A stretch of DNA of 64,000 bases from positions 227,974,001-228,038,000 of the forward strand of contig CM126204.1 in NCBI GenBank assembly GCA_052327205.1, written 5' to 3'. A program made the translations under genes and the position numbers. Positions 27,440 to 38,290 of this stretch are shown piece by piece. This DNA is from Somniosus microcephalus. Lineage: Eukaryota. The notes under the pieces are model-generated. The model did not search any database, was not told the DNA's origin, and saw only the letters and a program-made list of their open reading frames with translations. The number at the start of each line of letters is the position of its first letter. Positions within the stretch are counted from its first letter, which is position 1.

Positions 27440-27453
27440 CACTTCTGACACCA
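27440..27453 (-). promoter_or_regulatory. Primer binding site complementary to the tRNA-Leu 3' end
   Basis: Plus strand cacttctgacacca matches my recollection of the vertebrate tRNA-Leu(CAA) 3' end plus CCA. Confidence 0.8.
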
Positions 27454-27676
27454 TGTATTGCTTTCTATGTGGGTTCAATGACGACACATTCATGAAAGAG
27501 AATGTCTTTTACTCTAAAGTTTGTTCAACTATGTTAACAGCATTACAGGAGACACCATGTTAGAGATCCATCGAAAACGAAACTAAAACTAAACTCTCTC
27601 TCTCACATGCCCTCTGCTGGTCAGGCATAAATAATCAAACAGGCAAATACCATCACTATTTGCTGATATCATTACA
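27454..27676 (-). repeat. Gypsy 5' LTR (223 bp)
   Basis: Direct repeat of 22977-23200; followed by the PBS. Confidence 0.95.
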
Positions 27677-27924
27677 ATTTGTTGCTATGTTTTACATTGT
27701 GTTTGAACTACCCCTATGTCCATGTCGTCTGCAGGGTCCCTAGACAGAGTTCGGTCAGGAAATCTCTGCAACAGCCTTCAAGGCGTGATTGTGGCCATTT
27801 TGTAGATAAGTCTGTGTCAGGAAGACGACATATTGCTGATATATACAGTAATTAACACAAAGGACACCATAAAGATAGATCCACAATCACAGCAATTTAA
27901 TATTTTAAAGTACAAAGTACTCAC

Positions 27925-28107
27925 CAGCAGGAGCTGGGCGGATTCTAATTGGCTGCTGTTTTAGGACAGACAACACAGTTTGAACTGGTTGGATTATAAT
28001 GGTTTTCCCAGTTAAGCCCGGACTAGGCTGTGAGACAGGTAAAGCTGGAAGGAGAATAGGCTTTGGTTGGATAGGCTTCTGTTTCGATACATTTGAAGTG
28101 ACATTCA
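27925..28107 (-). CDS. ATF6: ATF6 coding exon (equivalent to human exon 6)
   Basis: tcctctgttgcag|TG...CTG|gtgagt; KQKPIQPKPILLPA...KTIIIQPVQTVLSVLKQQPIRIRPAPA vs human KPSIQPKPLLLPA...[27 protein letters not shown]; phase 1 to 1. Confidence 0.93.
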
Positions 28108-30519
28108 CTGCAACAGAGGAACAAATGTGTTTCTAATTACTGTACAAATTAACACAAAAATACAGTTATTAAAACTATAAAAAGATTTTACAAGTACAGA
28201 GCTAAAGCAGAACTCCAGCAAGTTAACTATAAAACACGCAGAACTCTGATTCATGGGCAAATACAAGGCGAAAATTCAATTTAATCTCTCTTTACGAATG
28301 TTAACTATTTCACCTCTATCATAATTTACAGAAAACACAGCATGAAAAACATGCCGAATGGGAAACAGAATCAAGTTTTAAAAATATATTTATAAAATAT
28401 TTTATATGCACACATACATAAATATAATTAATCAAATTGTCCATCAAGAACTAAAATTGAATCCAGACATTTGCAGAGTCAATTTTGTAAAATCCTGCAC
28501 ATCATCTAGCAACAGCGAAATTGAGGCCATGTGTGGGACACTGCAGTGCCGAGCACATGCAGCTGCCAAACATATTCCTCAGCTTTAAAAATCTTTGCCC
28601 TTTATACGTTCAATGTCTTTTCGCTCCAAACCACAGACATATTTTCCCAATTTCTTAAAATCAATACAATCATTGCTGTCCTATTGGTTCGTATATTGGG
28701 AGTGGAACATTTAAGAAAATATATTGTTAGTTACATCTGTGAATTCATACTGTACAGGGTTAGATGTAACCAGTCAGCAAGAAAATTTATCGGCATTTCA
28801 ACAAGTGACTGTTCTAGCCTAGACTGTAGAAACATCTTGCGCAGCCACAGCAGGTGAATTAAGATTGTTTCTAATATCCATTATTGCTAAAATGGCAGCA
28901 GTGTAAAGGTATATTCACCAAAAAATGAAAATTTGAGCAAAACATTTTTTAAGAACATGCAAGATAGAGCCTGCCATTGGTTGGTTGTATATTGTGCCTT
29001 CAGTTTAATTAATTGCACTTAATCCCAACAAAAACAAACGGGAAGAGGAAATCCATATTATGCACAACGACATGGCTAACCCTTTCGTAATTGCAGTTTT
29101 CTATTCTTTATTGCAGCCTTTTGAATATATGCTGGTCGGGCCCCTCCTTTGCCCTGTCGACACGCTTTCTCTCAGTGACATGATCTTGTAGCCTGTAACC
29201 AGGCTCCATATGCGTGCTCTAATCGCCATCACTGCCACAACTTTATTCGTACAGTTACACAACACATCTATATATATAAAGCGGCTCTCCTGTCTGTCTG
29301 TCCCGATGTCTGTCTGTCTGTCTGTCCGTGTTCTATACGTTTGAAAGTTAGAGTGTACCGACGCGCGCGTCGCCTCAAAAGAAAGCTTGCGATTCCGGAC
29401 CGGTCATAGGCGTATTTACGTTTCGGCCGCACAAAAATCCCGCCCGCGGTATCCGAAAAACGTTCAGCGTTCCGCTCATTAGCATCTCATTAGCGACCGT
29501 GTGACGTCGAGGTCGACCAATCGGACGGCGGGTTCCTGGCGCGTGCCGTCCGACAGTTGAGTGTCGAGTGACTCGACGATTGACCAATCCTAAGCTTCGG
29601 TGACCTGACCGGTCGACCAATCGGTGCGTGTGTGGGCGGGCCTTATCCTTCTGAACCGAGGTGAGTGGCCGCCATCTTGATTTTTCACGATTTTTTCCCC
29701 CACACTTTCTGTGTGTTAGGGAACTAAGGTAAATATTTGAATTATGTGTTAGGGAATTAATTAACAATTTATTTGAGTTTTATATTGTGTTTAGCAACCC
29801 CCCCCCCCCCCCCTCCTCCTCACCCTCGCGCAGGGGACACTCGGGGCTGCTTTCCAGGCCCGAAGCTTAAAAAATTTCTCTCTCTCCTTCTCCTCTTCCC
29901 TCTCTCTCTCTTTCTCCTCTTCCCTCTCTCTCCTTCTCCTCTCCCCTCTCTCTCTCTTTCTCCTCTTCCCTCTCTCTCCTTCTCCTCTTCCCTCTCTCTC
30001 TTTCTCCTCTTCCCTCTCTCTACTTCCCCCTCTCAGGTTTGTCGGGGCCGGAGCGTGGACGGGCCGGCCGAAGTGAGCCGCTCGCTAACGGCCGCCATCC
30101 CGCGGGGTTTCCCTGCCTATTCCCCGCAGGCCGCCTCGCGCCGCTGGCACTGACCGCGCATGCGGGGGGGGGGCGGGGCGGGGCTCGGCTCGGCTCGGCG
30201 GCTGGTGCTTGGAGAGCGGGGCTCTCGGCGGGGGGTGGGGGGCAGGGCTCGGAGAACGGGGCGAGGCGGCTGGTGCGGGGGAAGAGGCCCGGCGCACGCC
30301 TGACACGTAAGGAGGATCTTCGTTCACGTTGGGCGGGTTCCTCGGGTGCTGACCCCTGGCGGTGTGGGGCCGGAGCCCGGCTCTTACCTTGCCCCGGAGA
30401 GCGGGCGGATGGCGGGGCCTGGAGTAACAAATCGGCCGCAGCGGCAGCTGAGCTCCGGTGAGCGGCGGCGGGCCGCAGCGGCAGCTGAGCTCGGGTAAGT
30501 CGGGCCGGACCAAAGGCGA

Positions 30520-31990
30520 GGGGGGGAGGGAAGAGAGGGTGGGTGGGGGGGGGGAGGGAAGAGAGGGTGGGTCGGGGGGGGAGGGAAGAGAGGGTGGGGA
30601 GGGGAGGGAAGAGAGGGTGGGTCGGGGGGGGGAGGGAAGGAAGAGAGAGTGGGGGGAGGGAAGAGCGAGTGGGGGGAGGGAAGAGCGAGAGAGAGGGTGG
30701 GGGGGGAGGGAAGAGAGAGAGGGGTGGGGGGGGAGGGAAGAGAGAGAGAGGGTGGGAGGGGGGAGGGAAGAGAGAGAGGGTGGGGGGGAGGGAAGGAGAG
30801 AGAGGGTGGGGGGAGGGGAGGAGAGACTGGGGGAGGAGAGAGACGGGGGAGAGAGAGAGAGAGATGGGAGAAGGGAGAGAGAGACTGGGGAGAGAGAGAG
30901 ACTGGGAGATCGAGAGAGAGGAGCGACGGGAGCGCGACCGGGGGGGGGAGCGAGGGAGCGCGACCGGGGGGGGAGGGAGCGAGGGAGCTGCGACCGGGGG
31001 GGGGAGCGAGGGAGCGCGACCGGGGGGGGGGAGCGAGGGAGCGCGACCGGGGGGGGGGAGCGAGGGAGCGCGACCGGGGGGGGGAGCGAGGGAGCGCGAC
31101 CGGGGGGGGGGAGCGAGGGAGCGCGACCGGGGGGGGGAGCGAGGGGAGCGCGACCGGGGGGGGGAGCGCAGGGAGCGCGACCGGGGGGGGAGCGAGACGA
31201 CGAGGGAGCAGCGACCGGGGGGGGAGCGAGGGAGACGCGAGCGCGACCGGTGGGGGAGCGAGGGAGCGCGACCGGGGGGGGAGCGAGGGAGCGCGACCGG
31301 GGGGGGAGCGAGGGAGAGCGCGACCGGGGGGGGGAGCGAGGGAGCGCGACCGGGGGGGGGAGCGAGGGAGCGCGACCGGGTGGGGGAGCGAGGGAGCGCG
31401 ACCGGGGGGGGGAGCGAGGGAGGGGAGCAGGGAGCGCGACCGGGGGGGGAGCGAGGGAGCGCGACCGGGGGGGGAGCGAGGGAGCGCGACCGGGGGGGAA
31501 GAGAGAGCGCGACCGGGGGGAAGAGAGCGCGCGACCGGGGGGAAGAGAGAGCGCGACCGGGGGGAAGAGAGAGCGCGACCGGGGGGAAGAGAGAGCGCGA
31601 CCGGGGGGAAGAGAGAGCGCGACCGGGGGGGAGAGAGAGCGCGACCGGGGGGAGAGAGAGCGCGACCGGGGGGAAGAGAGAGCGCGACTGGGGGGAAGAG
31701 AGAGCGCGACTGGGGGGAGGGGAGGGCGCGACTGGGGGGAGGGAGGGAAGGGAGGGCGGGGAAGGGAGGGCGGGGAAGGGAGGGCGGGGGAGGGGAGGGC
31801 GGGAGGGGGGAGGGCGGGAGGGGAGGGCGGGGGGGGGGAGGGCGGGGGGGGGAGGGCGGGGGGGGGAGGGCGGGGGGGGAGGCGGGGGGGGGAGGGAGGG
31901 GGAGGAGGAGAGGGAAGAAGGGGCAGGGGGAGGGAGGGGAGGAGGGGAAGGGAGGAGGGCAGGAGGAGAGAGGAGAGGGGAAGGGGGAGA
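30520..31990 (+). repeat. G-rich minisatellite block
   Basis: Successive units GGGAAGAGAGGGTGGGG, GAGCGAGGGAGCGCGACCG(n) (~25 bp), GAAGAGAGAGCGCGACCG(n) (~23 bp), GGAGGGCG(n). Confidence 0.95.
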
Positions 31991-32240
31991 GTCCACGAGC
32001 CCCCTGATCCCCGTCCCCCCAAACTCCCGAGCCCCCTGATCCCCACCCCCCGAACTCCAGAGGTTGGCCCCCCGAGACTCGCACCCCCACCCCCACCCCC
32101 GAGGCTCGCCCACCACCCACCCCCACCCCCGAGGCTCGCCCACCACCCAACCACCCCCGAAGCTCGCCCCCCCCACCAACCAAGCACCGAACTCCGGAGG
32201 CGCGATCTTCCGAGCACCGGCCTCCTGAGCTGGCTTCAAC

Positions 32241-32538
32241 ATTGCGGCTGTGCGAGACGGCCGGAGGGCCCGGTTGCCAGGGTAACCGTGACGCTGACCA
32301 AGCCCCGCCCCCCGGCCGAGCCAGAGAGACGCCGCGTCTCAGCTGCTCTGCTGCTGCGCGCGGCCTCCCCCCCGGGGGTCGCGGCCCCCCCCCCTCCCCC
32401 CGAGGTGAAGACCGCCGATTGCGGCTGTGCGAGACGGACCGGCGGGCCCGGTTGCCAGGGTAACGCTTGACGCTCAGCAAGCCCCGCCCCCCGGCCGAGC
32501 CAGAGAGAGACGCCGCGTCTCAGCTCCTGCTGCGCGCG
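32241..32538. promoter_or_regulatory. Two ~120-bp direct repeats, each with an RFX X-box, TGACG half-site and GC box
   Basis: GTTGCCAGGGTAAC at 32273-32286 and 32451-32464, each followed by TGACG and CCCCGCCCC. Confidence 0.6.
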
Positions 32539-33384
32539 CACCCTAGCGGCGCTGGGCTGAGGCTCGGCCCTCCAGCCTTCGAGTGGGGCCGGGAGGTGCC
32601 TAGCTCGGGCGTGGGTGCGGAGGAGACGCCGAGGCTTCTAGGCTACCTGGAAAAACGGGGAAAGGTAGGAAAATTAATGAGATTAGATAAGTTAATTACT
32701 TTCTAAATCATTTTTTTTAAAACAATATGTGTTTTAAAAGCAACGTTTTTTTTTAAGACGCGGAAAGCGGGAAAAAGGAAAAGTTTGGAATCAAGATGGC
32801 GGCGACTCACCTCGGTTCAGAACGATAAGGCCCGGCCACACACGCACCGATTGGCCCGGCGGCACACGCCAGCAACCCGGCTTACAATTGGTCGAGCTCG
32901 AGGTCACTCTGTCGCGAATGAGCGGATAATGAGATGCTAATGAGGCGGAATGTTGAAGTCTTTTGGGATACCGCAGGCGCGATTTTAGCCCGGCTGAAAC
33001 GTAAATACGCTTAAAACCGTCTCGGAAGCGTAAGCTTTCTTTGGAGGTAACGCGCGCGTAGGTACGCCCTGTAACTTTCGAGCGCATACCCGACAGACGC
33101 ACACGCGATGACAGACAGACAGACAGAATGACAGAAAGAAGTACCGATTTATATATATAGAGAGAGATAGAGATAGAGAAGATATAGATAGATAACCAAA
33201 CTAACTGGTGCTCAGTAAAACTGCCATCGATTCTATTTGGAGCCCTTGAAAATAATTTTTTTTGCTTATTTCCATCGATAAACTAGGCTATTTTTCTAGG
33301 TTGGTGGATCCCAAGGTGCTCGAACACTAATTCTGACAGCATCATACCTGATGAGGTCACTAGTGCAATATGTAGCTGCCGCCA

Positions 33385-33880
33385 CCTGCCTTTAACGTAG
33401 TAAAATATCCCAAGGTGCTTCACAGGAGCGTTATCAAACAAAATTTGGCACCAAGCCACGTAAAGAAATATTAGAACAGATGATCAAAAGCTTGGTCCGA
33501 GAGGTAGGTTTTAAAGGATCGTCTTAAAAGGAGAGAAAGAGATAGAGAGGCAGAGAGGTTTAGGGAGGGAATTGCAGAGTTTAAGGCCATGGCAGCTGAA
33601 GGCACAGCCACCAATGAGGGGGTGATGGAAATCGGGGGGATACGCATGAGGCCAGAATTAGAGGAGCACAGATATCTCGGTGGGTTGTAAGGATGGAGGA
33701 GGTTACAGAGAAAGAGGGAAGGATGAGGTCATGGAGGAATTTGAAAACAAGGACAAAATTTTTTTAAATCGAGGCGTTGCTGGACTGGAAACCTATGTAG
33801 ATCAGCAAGCACAAGAGTGACAGGTGAACGGGACTTTGTGCAAGTTCAGATAGGATGCGGGCAACAGAGGTTTGATAAGC
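33385..33880 (-). mobile_element. L2 LINE 3' fragment
   Basis: Homologous to 37290-37760 (cccaaggtgcttcacaggag, aaaagcttggtc). Confidence 0.8.
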
Positions 33881-33914
33881 TCAAACAGTGAAAGGAAATA
33901 GAGAGCAGTGAAGA

Positions 33915-34970
33915 ACAGTTGTTCATCGGACTGGAGGAAAGAACACATTGGAGTTTCCTAGTGGTCAGTACTAGGACCACTGCTTTTCTTGATATATATT
34001 AATGACTTAGACTTGTGTATAGGGCACAATTTCAAAATTTGCAGGTGACACAAAACTTGAAAGTATCGTGAACAGTGAGGAGGATAGTGATAGACATCAA
34101 GAAGACAAAGACAAAGGTGGAATGGACGGACACATGGCAGATGAAATTTAATGCAGAAAAGTGCAAAGTGATACATTTTGGTAGGAAGAACGAGGAGAGG
34201 CAATATAAACTAAAGGGTACTATCCTAAAGGAGGTGCATGAACAGAGAGACCTGGGGGTATATGTGCACAAATCGTTGAAGGTGGCAGGGCAGGTTGAGA
34301 AAGCGGTTAAAAAGGCTTACGGGATCCTGGGCTTCATAAATAGAGGCAGAATACAAAAGCAAGGTAGTTATCATGAACAATTATAAAACACTGGTTCAGC
34401 CTCAACTGGAGTATTGTGTCCAATTCTGGGCACTGCATTTTAGGAAGGATGTGAAGGCCTTAGAGAGGGTGCAGAAAAGATTTACAAGAATGGTTCCAGG
34501 GATGAGGGACTTCAGTTACGTGGATAGACTGGAGAAGCTGGGGTTGTTCTCCTTAGAGCAGAGAAGGTTGAGAGGAGATTTGATAGCGGTGTTCAAAATC
34601 ATGAGGGGTCGAGACAGAGTAGATGGAGAGACACTGTTCCCATTGGCAGAAGGGTCGAGAACCAGAGGACACATATTTAAGGTGATTGGCAGAAGAACCA
34701 AAGGAGACATGAGGAAAAACTTTTTTTTTTTTTTTTTTTTAAAACGCAGCGAGTGGTTAGGATCAGGAATACACTGCCTGAAAGGGTGGTGGAGGCAGAT
34801 TCAATCGTGGCTTTCAAAAGGGAATTTGAAAAGTACCTGAAGGCGAAATATTTGCAGGGCTATGGAGAAAGGACGGGGCAGTGGGACTAGCTGAAGTGCT
34901 CTTGCAGAGAGCCAGCACAGGCTTGACGGGCCAAATGGCCTTCTTCTGTGCTGTAACCACTCCATGATTC
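33915..34970 (+). mobile_element. CR1 3' fragment
   Basis: [27 protein letters not shown]; tail ccttcttctgtgctgtaaccactccatgattct. Confidence 0.9.
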
Positions 34971-34971
34971 T

Positions 34972-35326
34972 AAATAAATCTGGAATAAAAAAAGCTAGCA
35001 TCAGTAATGGTGACCATGTAACTACCGGATTGTTGTAAAAACTCATCTGGTTCACTAATGGCCTTTAGAGAAGGAAATCTATCGTCCTCAGCCGGATTGG
35101 CCTATATGTGACTCCAGACCCACAGTGTTTGACCCTTAACTGCCCTCTGAAATGGCCTAGTAAGCCACTAACAAGCTATGACAAAGTCACTGCAGGAGTA
35201 TCTTCACCACACGGACTGCGGTAGTTCAAGGCGGCAGCTCACCACCACCTTAAGAGCAATTAGGGATAGGCAATAATTGCTGGCCTTGCCAGTGACGCCT
35301 ACATCCCAGGAATGAATAAAAAAATA
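34972..35326 (+). mobile_element. Non-autonomous derivative of the tRNA-headed LINE (5' UTR joined to 3' tail)
   Basis: 34972-35170 matches 8900-9090; 35190-35326 matches 14250-14388. Confidence 0.85.
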
Positions 35327-35329
35327 AAG

Positions 35330-35925
35330 TAATTTAGGGGAGAGTTTTCCCAGGGGGAGACACAGAAGGAAGTAGGGCTGGGAGTGGATCTGAGTAGAGA
35401 GTGATACAAGGAAGTGATCAGAGATGGCCTTGTCTGTGATTGACACGATGGGAGTAGCAGCCACGTGAGATGGCAAAGTCAAGGGGGTGGGCGTGAAGAT
35501 AGGTATGGGGATTTGATATGGAGGGGGAAATTAGGGGAGGACAGGAGGGCAGTGGACTCAGGAGTGGGAGAGCATGATGACTTGAGATGAAGGTTGAAAT
35601 CACAGAGGATGAGAAGTCGGTTGGTACAGAGGCCGAGGGAGGAAAGCAGTGAAAATATCTCGGTACGAAACTTGGCATGGTACTTGGGTGGGTAGTGAAG
35701 AACGAGGATTTTAAATGTGAGGGGAGAGGAGTGGAGCAAGGCGAGATGTTTAAAGGAGGAGAAGGTGCCAGAGGGGTAGGGGGATAGCCCAAGGTGTGAT
35801 TTGGTGACAAGAGCCACAGCACCACCACCACGGCAGTCTGGGCAAGGAAAGTGGTGCAAGGTATAGCCAGGAGGGGAGACTTTATTAAGGTGGAAGGTGT
35901 CATCACCCGTCAGCCAGGTTTCCAA
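35330..35925 (-). mobile_element. L2 LINE endonuclease fragment
   Basis: ETWL...GGGAVAL...CDFNLH...LDFAISRG...SDHFLV. Confidence 0.85.
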
Positions 35926-35962
35926 TCATCCACATCAGAAAGGAGGCCTAAACTGCGCAGTA

Positions 35963-36406
35963 CAGGTAGACTATCCTTTATCCGAAAACCTCGGGACCAG
36001 CCGAGTTTCGGATAAAGGAGAATTTCGGATTTCGGAAGGTGGGTCGGCGGGGGTCCGCGGGGGGGTCGGCGGGGGGTCGTGCGCATGACTTACGCTGGCG
36101 CTCAGCCTAAGTCAGTCGGGGTCGGCGGGGGTCGGGGCCGGCGCCGGCGCGCCGGCGGGGTCCGCGGGGGGGGGGGGGGTCGGCGGTTGTCGGGGTCGGC
36201 GGTTGTCGGGGCCGGCGGGGGGGTCGGCGGTTGTCGGGGCTGGCGGTTGTCGGGGCTGGCGGGTCGTGCGCACGACTTACCCTTTATCCGAACTTCCGAA
36301 ACCGGAACCCTCTTCGTTCGTACGCACGACTTACGCTGAACGAGAAAACCTTCGGTTTTTAGAGGGTTTCGGTTTTCAGAAGTCCGGATAAAGGGTAGTC
36401 TACCTG
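35963..36406. mobile_element. Tc1/mariner (Tigger/pogo-like) MITE, 444 bp
   Basis: TIRs CAGGTAGACTATCCTTTATCCG / CGGATAAAGGGTAGTCTACCTG; TA duplication on both sides; subterminal repeats of CCTTTATCCGAA. Confidence 0.92.
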
Positions 36407-37258
36407 TATATAGTTTTACTTTTACATAGGATATAGTTGATCCCGACGATGATGCCTCTTGGTAAAACTGGTGTGTCGTCTGTCTCCTTGCCATGTGCCA
36501 GTGTCTTACTGAGTGAGCAGCAGATTATAAAAATTCATCTTTCTCTGAATGCATTTGCTGTCCATGATGCATTAACTAAAGACACCAAATCAGTGCACTA
36601 TTTTTCTTCCTATGCTAAGAGCGGCATGGGCTGCAGGAGAATAGGGGCCTAAATGTGTGTGTATATGCAGGAATGGGGCCAGGATTCTAAGGGAAATTGA
36701 AGAATTAATTCCAGTTCAGAGCTGGTAGGAAACAAAGATTCTTTAAATGGGCTTAAACTGAGGAGCTTGGTGGGGATATGGTCCCTCGCATGATTCTTGG
36801 CAGGGTAAGAAGAGGACCATAAAAGCAGTGTCTGTGAAATGTTCAAATAACTGGAACGTAATTAGTTTACTTCGTTAGGGTTTTGCTTGTATTTTGAGGT
36901 CGAGTGACATTAGAAATTAACTGCTAAAAATTAAAACAGGCAAACATCTTTTTTTCCCGTTAAAATCGGCAATAAAAACTGACTTTAAAGAGGTTCTTAA
37001 ATATATTCAGCAAGTCTGATCTCTGCTGCCCCTTTTACACTAGTCTAAGAATTATTAGATCCTTTTTTCATACATTTTGATTTCATCGGAGAGCAGTAAA
37101 CTGCCTGAACTAATTACAGCAGACAGCACAAAGCAGCTGAATTACTGACGGCAATTATGCCCGAGCTAATTCCATCAGGCAAGGTTAATTCTGTTGGACT
37201 CGGAGTTTGTCACCAACTCCATAGCTCTCACAAATTGAACAAATCTAGCAAGTGTAGA

Positions 37259-38075
37259 GAACAACAACAACGACAACTTGTATTTACATAGCGCCTTTAA
37301 AAGGTAGTAAAAAATCCCAAGGCGTTTCACAGGAGTATTTTAAAACAAAAAATGTGACACCGATCCACAGAAGGAGAAATTAGGGCAGATGACCAAAAGC
37401 TTGGTCAAAGTGGTAGGTTTTAAGGAGTGTCTTAAAGGAGGAAAGAGATGTAGCGAGGTGGCGAGGTTTAGGCAGGGAATTCCAGAGCTTAGGACCGAGG
37501 CAACAGAAGGCACGGCCACCAAAGGTTGAGCGATTATAATCATGGATGCTCAAGAGGGCAGAATTGGAGGAGTTGGGAGGCTGAGGAAGATTACAGAGAT
37601 AGGGAGGGGCGAGGCCATGGAGAGATTTGAAAACAAGGATGAGAATTCTAAAATTGAGGCGCTGCTTAACTGGGAGCCAATGTAGGTCAGCGAGCACAGG
37701 GGTGACGGGTGAACGGGACTTGATGAGAGTTAGGACACGGGCAGCCAAGTTTTGGATGACCTCAAGTTTACATAGGGTGGAATGTGGGAGGCCAGCCAGG
37801 AGTGCGTTGGAATAGTCAAGTCTAGAGGTAACATAGGCATGGATGAGGGTTTCAGCAGCGGATGAGCTGAGGCACGGGCAGAGACAGGCGATGTTATGGA
37901 GGAGGAAGTAGGTGGTCTTCGTTATGCTGCAGATATGTGGTCGGAAGCTCATTTCAGGGTCAAATATGACACCAAGGTTACCAACAGTGTGGTTCAGTAT
38001 CAGGCAGGTATTAGGGAGAGGGATGGAGTCAGTGGCTAGGGAATGGAGTTTGTGGCGGGGGCCGAAAACAATGGC
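37259..38075 (-). mobile_element. L2 LINE 3' end
   Basis: ETLIHAYVTSRLDYSNALLAGLP...LHWLPV...FKTLLKTYHF; (GTT)n tail. Confidence 0.92.
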
Positions 38076-38290
38076 TTATACAATATGAAATACAGGCAAC
38101 AAATAACAAAATTATCTTAATCATCTGCTTTTTTTTGAAGAGAAGAGAGACTGATCAAAACTCATCTTGAAATCATGGAATACAACATTGAGGCTAACAC
38201 ATCAATAACCATCTCGGGTCTGTCAGAGGGTGATAATCTGGGTCCTATATATTGAACAAAATGTGGGTCCCATTTGATGGGTAAAGTTCA

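Larger units (their letters stand above)
22977..27676 (-). mobile_element. Full-length Ty3/Gypsy LTR retrotransposon (4.7 kb)
   Basis: Two TG...CA LTRs; 5-bp TSD ATTTG (22972-22976, 27677-27681); PBS TGGTGTCAGAAGTG; PPT AAGAAAGGGAGA; PR-RT-RH-IN order. Confidence 0.97.
29267..33161. mobile_element. CpG-rich composite element bounded by two inverted Helitron-like 5' arms
   Basis: Both ends read TCTATATATATAAA inward followed by (CTGT)n; arms 29267-29682 and 32789-33161 are colinear inverted homologs; no coding ORF inside. Confidence 0.75.

Noticed and set aside
30925-31740. Regular repeats resembling a CRISPR array
   Set aside because: No unique spacers and no cas genes; vertebrate minisatellite
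30020-32480. Long Pro/Arg/Gly-rich ORFs (450-740 aa) in all six frames
   Set aside because: Artefact of stop-free G/C minisatellites; no domain content
33339-33365. CATCA-tacc-TGATG hairpin plus CTAGT as a Helitron 3' end for the 29267 arm
   Set aside because: Only a 5-bp AT-rich stem; expected by chance
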